A DNA stretch of 64,000 bases from Acidimicrobiales bacterium (GCA_030446545.1 JAUJNB010000001.1:280885-344884); one strand, 5' to 3'. Counted from the stretch's first letter, positions 8,916-17,636 are shown. Translations and numbers: made by a program. Notes: generated by a model not told the origin, from the letters alone.

Positions 8916-10027
8916 GACCGACCCCCGCCGGCCTGGCCCAGGCGGGTCAACGTGGCCCGGCGCACCGGCGGGGTCTGGGCCTGGACGAGGTGGAACAGCG
9001 CCTCGCGCACCAAGCGCTGAGCGGGTGACGTCCGCGACAGGCCTGCTCCCCCGCTGGCCACCACCAGGGCGGTGGCCGCCCGCACCCCCAGCTCCAGGGC
9101 ATGGGCCCGCAGGACCAACCGCTCGTCGAGGCCCTCAGCCGGCGGGACCTCGTCGAGGAGGCGGTAGGCGCGGGCCCGCACCCCGGAGGCCTCCGAGCGC
9201 AGTGCTCGGGCCAGGGCCAGGGCCACCGGCTCCTCCCGACGCCGGGCCGCCTCCTCCAGCCCGGTGACCACCCGGTCGATCAGGCCGAACACCGCCGGGG
9301 TGACGTTCGCCGTCTTGAGGGCGTCGGCCCGGCGCCACTGATCCAGCGCCACCAGGTCGACCACGTCGTCGGCAGGCACCGCCAGCCCGTCGAAGTCGAG
9401 GCGGACCGTGGCCGTGGCCTCCATGGCGGCCAGGGCGAGCGGCGCCGACGCCACCAGGCCGGGTCGGGGTCGGGCCGCCACCAGGGCTGACAGCGCCCGC
9501 CCGTCGTCGGTCTCGGCCCCCACCAGGAGCACCTCGGCCAGGCCCCAGCTCGTCACCCACGACGCCGTGCCCTCGAGGCGCCAGCCCCCGCCGGGCGCGG
9601 GACGGGCCCGCACGGTGGGCCCGCCGGAACGGCGCAGGTGGGCCACGGCGATCCCGCCGAGGGCATCCCGGCACAATCGGGGCAGCCAGCGCCGGCGGAG
9701 CTCGTCGTTGTCGGAGCGGGCCAGGGCCCGCACCGGCGTGGCGTGTTGGGTCCACACGAACCAGGTGGCCCCGTCGGCGCCCGACAGCACCTCGGTGACC
9801 CGGCGGGCCACCGGCGCAGGAACGTCGCTGCCGCCGGCCTCGCAGGGACCGTACAGGCCGAGGAGGCCGGCGCCGGCCAGGGCGGCGACGTGGCCGACCG
9901 GGACCCCCTCCACGTCGACCCGCTCGGCCTGAGGCGCCAGCAGCTCGGCCGCCAGGCGGACCGTGGCCCGCACGCACGGGTGCCGGTCGATCTCGGGTGC
10001 GGCGAGACAGGCGGTGGCGTCGGTCAC
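8912..10027 (-). CDS. acyl-CoA dehydrogenase-like flavoprotein
   Basis: 371-aa ORF with a 4-nt overlap onto the downstream gene. Overall ACAD-like layout (LLGLYGP..GIAVAHLRRSGGP..RLEGTASWVTSWGLAE) but with a divergent C-terminus. Confidence 0.65.
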   Translation of the reverse strand: MTDATACLAAPEIDRHPCVRATVRLAAELLAPQAERVDVEGVPVGHVAALAGAGLLGLYGPCEAGGSDVPAPVARRVTEVLSGADGATWFVWTQHATPVRALARSDNDELRRRWLPRLCRDALGGIAVAHLRRSGGPTVRARPAPGGGWRLEGTASWVTSWGLAEVLLVGAETDDGRALSALVAARPRPGLVASAPLALAAMEATATVRLDFDGLAVPADDVVDLVALDQWRRADALKTANVTPAVFGLIDRVVTGLEEAARRREEPVALALARALRSEASGVRARAYRLLDEVPPAEGLDERLVLRAHALELGVRAATALVVASGGAGLSRTSPAQRLVREALFHLVQAQTPPVRRATLTRLGQAGGGRS

Positions 10028-10172
10028 CAGAGCAGACTACCGACGCCCTCCCCCACCGAGCCGGGTCGCACTCCGCCCCGAACCGTTCCCGGCCGCTCCG
10101 AGTACCCACCAAGCTCGAGTGCGATGAGATCGACGTTGAGGTCTGGTCAAACGAAGGTTGTAGCCTGAACCG

Positions 10173-11183
10173 GTGCGACTGGCGGTCTGCGGCGGTGTCT
10201 ACTCCAACCCCTATGCCCTGCGCGCGTTCCTCGACGACGCCCGCCGCCGGGGCTGTGACCGGCTTTTCTGCCTGGGTGACCTGGGCGGGTTCGGCGCCGA
10301 GCCCGATGCGGTGTGGCCGCTCCTGGTCGACAACGGGGTTGAATGCATCGCCGGCAACTACGACGTGGCCATCGGCAGGGGCGACGACGACTGCGGCTGC
10401 GGTTACCGCGACCCTCGCGACAACGAGTTCGCCCAGCTCATCTACGACTTCACCAAAGCCCACACCAGCGCCGACTACGCCGCTTGGATGCGCACCCTCG
10501 ACATCGAGCACCGCGAGACGATGGCCGGGCTCGACGTGCACTTCGTCCACGGGTCCCCGCTGGTGCTCAACGACTTCTTCTGGGAATCGCTCGACGATGC
10601 CGAGGTCGAGCTGCGGGTCAAGGAGAGTGGGGCCGACGTGTTGTGTTGCACCCACACCGGGCTGCCCTGGATCAAGCGGGTGGGTGAGCGGCTGGTGGTC
10701 AACGTGGGGGCGCTGGGACGGCCCGCCAACGACGGCCGCCGGGAGGTCTGGTACGCGGTTCTCGACATCGACGACGGCCGGGCCGAGGCCGAGCTCGTGC
10801 CCCTCGCCTACGACTGGCAGGCCCATGCCGCCTCCATGCGGGCGGCCGGGCTGCCCGAGCCGTTCGTGGAGACGGTCGAGACCGGCTGGTGGACCACCTG
10901 CCTGGAGGTCGTCCCGCCCCGGGAGCGGTCACGGGGGCGCTACCAGCTCTACCGCAGTGCCGTGCCCAGCGGGTTCGCGGCCGACGGCGTGGGTTGGGCC
11001 GACGCCCCCGAGGTGGTCGACGACGGCCTGCCCGTGGTGCCGCTGTTCGGCTCCCCCTGTTCCCACCCCGGCTGTGGGTGTACACCAACTTCCACTGCAA
11101 CCTGCGCTGCGTCTACTGCTCGGTGGCGTCCTCGCCCACGGCCCGGCGCCGCTCGATGCCTCTCCCCCGCTTCCGGGACCTGA
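10173..11183 (+). CDS. metallophosphoesterase (YfcE/diadenosine-tetraphosphatase-like); true 3' end uncertain
   Basis: Shows MRLAVCGGVYSN..CLGDLGGFG..GNYD..FVHGSP..CCTHTG (phosphoesterase metal-ligand motifs). The recognisable domain ends near TGWWTTCLEVVPPRERSRGRY (about 10950). The ORF tail then runs into the radical SAM start region. Confidence 0.75.
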   Translation: MRLAVCGGVYSNPYALRAFLDDARRRGCDRLFCLGDLGGFGAEPDAVWPLLVDNGVECIAGNYDVAIGRGDDDCGCGYRDPRDNEFAQLIYDFTKAHTSADYAAWMRTLDIEHRETMAGLDVHFVHGSPLVLNDFFWESLDDAEVELRVKESGADVLCCTHTGLPWIKRVGERLVVNVGALGRPANDGRREVWYAVLDIDDGRAEAELVPLAYDWQAHAASMRAAGLPEPFVETVETGWWTTCLEVVPPRERSRGRYQLYRSAVPSGFAADGVGWADAPEVVDDGLPVVPLFGSPCSHPGCGCTPTSTATCAASTARWRPRPRPGAARCLSPASGT

Positions 11184-11848
11184 TCGACGAGGCGGTGGTG
11201 GAGGGCTTCACCGAGGTGTACATGACCGGCGGCGAGCCCTTCCTCGAGCCCGACATCGTCGAGATGATCCTCTACGCCAGCGACCGCCTCGACACCGTGG
11301 TGCTCACCAACGCCATGTTGTTCAAGGGTCGCCAGCTCACCGAGCTGCGCCGCCTGGCCGGGCGCGCACCGCCTCGTGCTGCAGACCTCGATCGACGGCG
11401 CCCGGGCCGAGACCCACGACCGCAACCGGGGCCCGGGCTCGTGGGCCAAGGCCATGGAGGGCCTGGCTGTCGGTTGTGAGCTGGGCCTGCCCATGCGGGT
11501 GGGCCTGACCGAGACACCCGAGAACACCCACGAGGTGCCCGAGCTGGGCGCCCTGCTGGCCACCATGGGCATCGTCGGCCGGGATTTCGCCGTGCGCCCC
11601 TGATCAAGCGGGGCTTCTCCGAGACCGGCATGGACGTCGACGAGACCAACACCGTGCCTGAGCTCTCGGTAAGCGTCGACGGTGTGCACTGGCACCCGGC
11701 CGGCGCCGACATCGAGACCAGCCCCGACATGTTGCTGGCCGCCGGCGAGGTTCCCCTGGCCGAGGCCAAGCGCCTGGCCGTGGAGCGCTTCCTCACCCTG
11801 CGCCAGGGCGACGGCACCCTGCCCCACATCTACAACTGCGCGGTCTGA
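11078..11848 (+). pseudogene. radical SAM protein, reading frame broken twice (compensating +1/-1)
   Basis: The CxxxCxxC cluster YTNFHCNLRCVYC and GGEPFLEPD lie in the frame of ORF 10889..11479. The expected continuation LQTSIDGARAETHDRNRGPGSW is in the frame of ORF 11376..11603. The C-terminus (RPLIKRGFSETG)MDVDET..LPHIYNCAV is back in the first frame (ORF 11630..11848). The start is uncertain: GTG 11078 or an upstream fusion. Confidence 0.65.
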
Positions 11849-11927
11849 CCGGCCGGGGAAAAGTGCCTTCCCGGGGGTAGTACCGTCTCGAGACGAACCC
11901 GCGGATCGCAACACAGAGGTGCAGCTG

Positions 11928-12539
11928 ATGTCGCTCTCGCAGAACCGCTGGCTCACGCTGGGGACGTCCCTGGTCGTCGTCGCCCTCCTGGGTGTCGCCT
12001 GCGACAACGGTGAGGACGGTGAGGCGTTAGGAGCGGGTTCCGACGCCGATGGAACCACCACCACGGTTCCAGAGACCGCCACGACACTTCCGGTGACGAC
12101 CACCACGGCTGCGCCGACCCCGGAGGAGGAGGTGCTCGCCGCCTACCAGGGCTATTGGGATGCCGTCGACGACGCGTTCGGGCCTCCGGAGGTGGATCCC
12201 GAGTCACCCGGGCTTCGCCGGTTCGCTACGGGAGAGGTCCTGCCGGGCATCATCGACAGTGCCGAGGAGGTCAAGGCCGAGAACGCCTACGTCCGGACGC
12301 CCGAGGACAGTACGCATGAGTCGGAGGTCGTATCCCTCGAGGAGTCCACCGCCACCGTTCGGGACTGCACCGTCGACGACGCCGTACTCGAGCGGGTGGG
12401 TACCGGGGAGATCCTCGACGACGCCGTGAGCACCCGCGAGTACATTGCCATGCTGGTCCTGGAAGACGGCCAGTGGAAGGTTGCGGTCCTCACCGAGGCC
12501 AACACCTGGGAGGGCGTGGCCGGATGCGCCATCGAATAG
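11928..12539 (+). CDS. putative lipoprotein, unknown function (paralog A1)
   Basis: Internal ATG of ORF 11682..12539. Reads MSLSQNRWLTLGTSLVVVALLGVAC (lipobox-like), then a T-rich linker TTTVPETATTLPVTTTTAAPTPEEEVLAAY. Paralog at 21608..22231. Confidence 0.7.
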   Translation: MSLSQNRWLTLGTSLVVVALLGVACDNGEDGEALGAGSDADGTTTTVPETATTLPVTTTTAAPTPEEEVLAAYQGYWDAVDDAFGPPEVDPESPGLRRFATGEVLPGIIDSAEEVKAENAYVRTPEDSTHESEVVSLEESTATVRDCTVDDAVLERVGTGEILDDAVSTREYIAMLVLEDGQWKVAVLTEANTWEGVAGCAIE

Positions 12540-13417
12540 GCGTGGTGGCCTTCGCCGTCGCCATGGCGGGTACCTTCATCGCCGTCACCCCCTCGGCAAC
12601 GGCCCTCGGTAGGGACAACAAGAAGGCGCCGGACGTCGACGCCGGCGTCGACGGTTCAGCCCCGTCCGGGACGCCGGTGATCAGAGTCAGGGATCCCGGA
12701 GGTCCCGGCCGCCCGGGCAACTCCGGCGGCTCCGGGAGCTCCGGCGGCCCGGGCATCGACAGCGGGTCGGGCTACGACTGCACCTGGTACCGCCTGGACG
12801 GGGCCGACCAGCCCGACTTCGCCCAGCCCTACGACCCCCCGCCGCCCGACGGCACCCGAGCCTGGCTGCGCTGTTCGGGGCCCGAGAGCATCGACGGGAT
12901 CCGCACCCGCCAGAGCGGAGGGACGGTGGCGGCCATCGCCGTCGAGCGCCTGCCCCTCCCCGGACCCGAGGTAGGAGCCAACCCGAGGGTCGACGCCGAC
13001 CAGTTGGTGGGCGTGCCCACCTGGTTGTGGGTCACCAACTTCGAGGCGTTGTCGGTCACCGCCGCGGTGCCGGGCACCACCGCCGACCTGGTGGCCACCC
13101 CGGTGTCGGTGAGCTTCGACATGGGCGACGGCCGGTCGCCCCTGGTGATGGGGGTGGGGCCCCAGTTTGCCTGCCAGGCGCCCGGCACCCCCTACGACGT
13201 CTCCCTGCCCTCGGCTGCCCAGCGCAGCGCCTGCACCTACACCTACGAACGCTCCTCGGCCGGTCGCCCCTCCCAGGAGTTCACGGTCACCGCCACCATG
13301 TCCTACGACCTGGACTGGGCGGCCGACACGGGCCAGTTCGGGAGGCTGCCCACCCTCACCCGCACGTCCACCTTCCCCCTCCGGGTGGCCGAGGCCCAGG
13401 CCCTGGTGACGGGCTGA
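12524..13417 (+). CDS. secreted protein, unknown function (paralog B1)
   Basis: Internal ATG of ORF 12473..13417. Signal-like MRHRIGVVAFAVAMAGTFIAVTPSATA and a Gly/Ser-rich linker precede a conserved domain DCTWYRLDG..VGVPTWLWV..RVAEAQALVTG. Paralog at 22210..23082. Confidence 0.65.
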   Translation: MRHRIGVVAFAVAMAGTFIAVTPSATALGRDNKKAPDVDAGVDGSAPSGTPVIRVRDPGGPGRPGNSGGSGSSGGPGIDSGSGYDCTWYRLDGADQPDFAQPYDPPPPDGTRAWLRCSGPESIDGIRTRQSGGTVAAIAVERLPLPGPEVGANPRVDADQLVGVPTWLWVTNFEALSVTAAVPGTTADLVATPVSVSFDMGDGRSPLVMGVGPQFACQAPGTPYDVSLPSAAQRSACTYTYERSSAGRPSQEFTVTATMSYDLDWAADTGQFGRLPTLTRTSTFPLRVAEAQALVTG

Positions 13418-13469
13418 GCACCGACGCTTCTCCGTCGGGCCGAGTTGGACGACGGAGGACACCAGGGTC

Positions 13470-13565
13470 TCAGCCGAACGTTGGCGGCCGGGGTTCCAGG
13501 CGACGCTTGACGGTGAGGTAGGCGCTGCCGCCGCTCATGCCCAAGCCTGCCTCGAGGGCCGCCCG
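13470..13565 (-). pseudogene. decayed 3' fragment of a lipoprotein paralog
   Basis: Minus-strand reading ..ALEAGLGMSGGSAYLTVKRRLEPRPPTFG* parallels the C-terminus of the adjacent lipoprotein (..ARALTDGRAYLSVNVFWDLDRPRVG*). No start codon and no upstream body. Confidence 0.4.
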
Positions 13566-13620
13566 GCTTGGACATGCCAAGGGCTGGTCCCCGAAGATGG
13601 CGAAGTGGCTCGCGGAGGAC

Positions 13621-14187
13621 TCAGCCGACCCTGGGCCGGTCGAGATCCCAGAAGACGTTGACGCTGAGGTAGGCGCGACCGTCCGTCAGTGCCCTCGCCT
13701 GGATGGCGATGTTCGGCCCGTCGGTCCCGAGGCGCTGGGATGGGGTGTGCTCGAGGGACCCGGTGTTGTCTCTCCGGACGGCGTTGCGAGCGGCCCACTC
13801 CTCCAGTCGGGTGCCGTCGAGGCCCCAGCGCTTCACTAGGTCGGCGGCCCGCTGGGCGGCCTGGGCTACCGGCTCCCGGTCGAAGTTGACCACGATCGTT
13901 TGGAGTACCTGGCCGGAGGTATCCCCTGGCGGTCGGCCGGCGACGGCATCGAAGGGGCCTTCGATGGTCACACCCTCGGGGAGCAGGATGGTGAGCTCTC
14001 CCGGTTCGGGATCAACGAAGTAGCTGTCGCTGTCGATGTCCTCGGGCCAGTCCACGTCCTCGATGCGATGGCTGGTGCGTAGGTCCCACACTGCGGGCAC
14101 GGCGTTCTCCCCGTCTCCGAAGCCGATCTGACAGCCGGCCAGCAAGGTGCCGGCGGCCAGGGCGAGTGATGCCAGTCGATGTCTCAT
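13621..14187 (-). CDS. lipoprotein, candidate immunity protein for the upstream toxin
   Basis: 188-aa ORF. MRHRLASLALAAGTLLAGC is a canonical lipobox (LAGC). Its ATG overlaps the reconstructed toxin stop (ATGA). Confidence 0.7.
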   Translation of the reverse strand: MRHRLASLALAAGTLLAGCQIGFGDGENAVPAVWDLRTSHRIEDVDWPEDIDSDSYFVDPEPGELTILLPEGVTIEGPFDAVAGRPPGDTSGQVLQTIVVNFDREPVAQAAQRAADLVKRWGLDGTRLEEWAARNAVRRDNTGSLEHTPSQRLGTDGPNIAIQARALTDGRAYLSVNVFWDLDRPRVG

Positions 14188-15915
14188 CCACCCGGCTCGT
14201 ACTGGAGGAGCCAGTTCGGAATGTTGCGGCGCTCGGCGGCCAGGTCCTCGAGGGGGTGGCGATGTAGCCGCCGGCCTGTCCGGCGTTCACCAGGCACATG
14301 TAGCGGGGGAACATGTCCCCGATGATCCACTGCCAGCGGTGGTCGCGCATCGTCACGTTGTTGATGGGCAGTTCGGCCACGGTGCCCCCGATGCGGTCGG
14401 GAGTGTCGAGATAGACCGGGTCCCCGGGCATCCAGCCGGGCAGAAGGGGCATCCGGTCGGGGGTGTCCAGCACCGGCGTACGCACCTCGTAGGGCACCTC
14501 TTCGCGGAACGAGTCACCATTGGGGATGGGGCTGTCGGCCACGAAGGACATGCCCATGGTGAGGGCCCACGCCAGCGGGCTGTGGTTGCGGATCTCGTCG
14601 TAGTCGTCGCCGATGATCGTGTACTGCTCGTGGCGCACGATGCCCAGAGTGCCCCGCCGAATGAGGGCCGGATCTCCCGAGTCGATGTCGCGCCAGGCCG
14701 AGATGTGGGCGTCCAATATCTCCCCCGCCGGTACAGCCCCTCCATGGCGGCCAGGCCGCCCTGTCGGTAGGCCACGTGCTGCCAGGCCAGGTCGTCGAAG
14801 ATGTTCTGTTGCATCTCCAAGAGCCGGGTCTCGACGAACCGCAGCTCCTCGGCCACCGTGGTGAGGTCCTGGCTCGTCAGCTCGCCGATGTCGTCGAAGG
14901 GCAGGCCCAGGCGACGAAGCGCCTCGGTCACCTCCTCGGCGTTGAGCGCGCCCGCTTGGATGGCCCGGCGCAACACGTGGAGGTCCTGGAGGCCGGCGTA
15001 GACGCTGGCCCCGGCCAGCTTGGCCATGCCCGCCCACAAGAAGCGCTCGGGGTCACTGGCGTAGAGCCGGGCGTAGTACTCCCAGCCCGCTCGGACCTGG
15101 GCATCGATGGCGGCCAGGCCGAGGGCGGGGTCCCAGGCCTCGGCGTGGATGCCGGCCTGGTGCAGGGCCTCGAACTGCCACGACTCCTTGGAGTCGAGGA
15201 TGAGGCCGGCGTCGGTGACCAGGAAGCTGAGCTCCTGGCCGCCGGGGGCCCACAGGCCTTCGACCATCCCTCCGGCGATGCGGCCCAGCCAGGCCCCGAT
15301 GCCCGAGATCCACGGGTCGGCCAGGTCGTCGCTGCGGGCCACAGCCAGATCGCCGGCGGCGGCGCGGCCGGCCCGGTCGCGCCGGTCCACGGCATCCTCC
15401 AGCAGGCGCCGGGCCTCCTCGGCCTCGGCCTCGGCGTCGGCCAGGGCCGAGGCCCAGTCGGGTCCCGACCACGGTGCCGGCTCCCGGGGGGCCCGGTCGG
15501 GGTTGGCCTCGTTCCAGCGGGTGGCGTCCTCGGCCTCGTCGCGGTCGTGGCGGGCCCGAGCGGCCAGGCCCTGGTTGGCGTCGTCGATGTGGCCGCTGGC
15601 GTGTCGGGCTCGGCGCAGGGCCGCGGCGGCATCGTCCTGGGCGTGGTCCAGCTCGCCGGCGTAGGCCACCAGCGCCGAGGCGCTGCGGTAGCAGCGGGCG
15701 GCGGCCGACTCCAGCGCCGGGGGGACCTGGTCGCGGTGCTCGGCGAAGCGCTCGGCGGCCAGGCCCAGCCACAGGGGGCCGGGGTCGATGCGCTTGACCA
15801 CTCCGGCCTGGTCACCGAGTTCGTCGCCGAGACGCTCCAGGCGCCGGGCCGAGGCCCGCACGGCATCGGGGTCGCCCGGCACCGGGTCCGATTCGGCCAG
15901 CGGCTCCCAGCCCAT
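14184..15915 (-). CDS. putative T7SS-secreted polymorphic toxin (T7SS-signal-type N-terminal domain), two apparent 1-nt frameshifts
   Basis: The N-terminus matches the pattern of the actinobacterial 'putative T7SS secretion signal' domain: MGWEPLAESDPVPGDPDAVRASARRLERLGDEL..PLWLGLAAERF. The body is in ORF 14353..15915 and continues in ORF 14012..15037 after the C-run at 14722-14726 (..GLYRRG / EILDAHISAWRD..). A second shift at the G-run 14252-14256 gives ..YIATPLEDLAAERRNIPNWLLQYEPGG* ending at 14184. The C-terminal domain of about 330 aa was not recognised. Confidence 0.65.
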
Positions 15916-15921
15916 GGGGCG

Positions 15922-16206
15922 TCAGTACCCCACGGCCACGGTCACGATGGTGGCGTCGGCGTCGGTGAAGGCCCGGGTGGCGGCCTCGGTGTAGGCGGCC
16001 AGGGTGGCCAGAGCCGACGACAGGCGCTGGCGCCGTTGGTCCCAGTCACCGGCCACGTCGGCCAGCGCGTCGGTGACCTCGGGCGAGCCGGAGACGTCGA
16101 TGGCCAGCCCGGTCACCTCCTCGAGGTCGGCGACCGCCGTGCGGGCGTGGGAGAGGGCGTGGGCCAGGTCCTCCAGCTCCTCCAGGTCGGCCAGGATGCG
16201 CGTCAC
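15922..16206 (-). CDS. small helical protein, probable secretion partner of the downstream toxin
   Basis: 94-aa ORF that is acidic and helical (MTRILADLEELEDLAHALSHARTAVADLEE..). Its stop lies 6 nt before the toxin ATG. About 180 nt of non-coding sequence lies upstream. Confidence 0.55.
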   Translation of the reverse strand: MTRILADLEELEDLAHALSHARTAVADLEEVTGLAIDVSGSPEVTDALADVAGDWDQRRQRLSSALATLAAYTEAATRAFTDADATIVTVAVGY

Positions 16207-16384
16207 GGGGGGCCGGACCGGTCGGACACGATCGGTGGCCGGCTCCTCGGGGTCATGCGGTTCCCCTTGCGTCGATGCGTGGCGTCAGTTGGCTGCGGTG
16301 GAGTGCCGGGCTCACGTTAGGACTCCTCACGAGGAGCGTCCAGGGCTCGGTGCTCGGGGTGGTCCACCCCGGGATGGTCCCACC

Positions 16385-16816
16385 TCACGTCTCACCCTGG
16401 TCCACGCCCCGCACGCTGCGGGCCGAGCCCTGGCCCGTGACCGTGACCTGGGCCAACCCCCCGATGCCGAGGATCTGGAGGGGCTGTTCGACGGTGACGG
16501 TGACGGTGACGGCGTCACCGGTGACGACCACCGTTCCGGGCCGGCCCAGCAGGGCCAGGTGGGCAGTGGCCGCAGCTTGCGCCTGGGCCGCATCGAGCTC
16601 CTGGTCACCCGAAGACCGGAGACGGTCGATGGACACGGCCTGGGCGCCGGCTCGGGCCGCCGACTCGGCTTCGTTGTCGGCCTGGCGCTTGGCCGCCAGC
16701 AGGGTGCCCCCGTCGAGGACGAGGCCCACGACGAAGATGAGGGCGACGGTGAAGATGGTGACGAAGGCCGTCACCTGCCCAGCTTCGCCACGACGCCCGG
16801 TCCAGGGGCCCCTCAC
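16385..16816 (-). CDS. TadE/TadG-like pilus assembly (pseudopilin-like) protein
   Basis: GTG at 16816 overlaps the upstream stop (GTGA). Reads VRGPWTGRRGEAGQVTAFVTIFTVALIFVVGLVLDGG, a TadE/G N-terminal hydrophobic segment. Confidence 0.7.
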   Translation of the reverse strand: MRGPWTGRRGEAGQVTAFVTIFTVALIFVVGLVLDGGTLLAAKRQADNEAESAARAGAQAVSIDRLRSSGDQELDAAQAQAAATAHLALLGRPGTVVVTGDAVTVTVTVEQPLQILGIGGLAQVTVTGQGSARSVRGVDQGET

Positions 16817-17241
16817 GAGTCGAGCCCCCGGAACTGGTCCACCACTTCCACCGCTCCGGCGGAGAGGGTCTGGCTGCCCGGAAGCGGGAGGGGGGACAGG
16901 TCGCTCAGGTCGACGTCGCAGCTGACCTCCACCGACACGGTCCCGCCCCGTCGGAAGGCGTCGATGTCGGTGGTGACGATCACCGAGGCGCAACTGAACC
17001 CCTGGTCGGCCAACGTCGCCTGGGCCGCCGCCTGGGCCGCCGGGCCGGCGGCCACGGCGCTGCGTTGGATGGAGGCGGCCCGAGCGGCGTCACGGGCGGC
17101 CCCGACCAGGTCCCCCCGGGCCCCGGCCAGGCGACCGGCCAGGGTGGCGAAGACCAGCAACAGCAACAGCAACGGGGTCACCAGCACCAGCTCGGTGGCT
17201 GCGGCCCCCCGCTCAGCGCGCACCCGGGAGATGGGGGTCAC
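16813..17241 (-). CDS. TadE-like protein
   Basis: GTG at 17241 overlaps the upstream stop (GTGA). Reads VTPISRVRAERGAAATELVLVTPLLLLLLVFATLAG, the TadE motif (ERG..xxE + hydrophobic helix). Confidence 0.75.
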   Translation of the reverse strand: MTPISRVRAERGAAATELVLVTPLLLLLLVFATLAGRLAGARGDLVGAARDAARAASIQRSAVAAGPAAQAAAQATLADQGFSCASVIVTTDIDAFRRGGTVSVEVSCDVDLSDLSPLPLPGSQTLSAGAVEVVDQFRGLDS

Positions 17242-17636
17242 GGCGCCCGGAACTCCTCCACCGGGCCCTCGGACTCGGCCGAGATCGGCAGCCGGATGCC
17301 CGGGACGACCTGGATGGCCCGGCCATTGACCTCCACCCGGGCCACCCCAGCCGGGTCGCGGGTGGCCGTGACCGTGCGCTCGAGCACCAGGGCCTGGCCC
17401 ACGGCGTCGAGGAACGCCTCGGCCCGGGCCTTTCCCGCAGGGGCGCTCGACCCCTCGACCCGTGCCGCCCGAGCCCCTTCCTGGGCGGCCGCCGACGCCA
17501 CGTGCGAGGCGTGGAACCACAGGCCGAACTGCACCACCAGGAGCACCATGAACAGCATGACCGGCGTGACCAACACCAGCTCCGCCGTGGCCGCGCCCCG
17601 CTCGCCCTTGCCCCGTCCTCCGGTCACCCTCGGCAC
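17238..17636 (-). CDS. TadE-like protein
   Basis: 132-aa ORF reading GERGAATAELVLVTPVMLFMVLLVVQFGLWFHA. Confidence 0.8.
   Translation of the reverse strand: MPRVTGGRGKGERGAATAELVLVTPVMLFMVLLVVQFGLWFHASHVASAAAQEGARAARVEGSSAPAGKARAEAFLDAVGQALVLERTVTATRDPAGVARVEVNGRAIQVVPGIRLPISAESEGPVEEFRAP

Larger units (their letters stand above)
11795..14385. repeat. segmental duplication, copy 1 (partner 21469..23328)
   Basis: The same order of radical SAM 3' end, lipoprotein A, secreted protein B and (reverse strand) toxin C-terminus recurs at 21469..23328. Compare LRQGDGTLPHIYNCAV with LRQGDGTLPHISNCAV, MSLSQNRW in both, and ELPINNVTMRDHRWQWIIGDMFP with ELPINNVAMRDYRSPWIIGDMFP. Confidence 0.85.

Noticed and set aside
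13421-13438. Hairpin ccgacg-cttctc-cgtcgg just after the stop of 12524..13417, considered as an intrinsic terminator.
   Set aside because: The stem is only 6 bp and no U-tract follows. Convergent genes make a terminator plausible, but the sequence evidence is weak.
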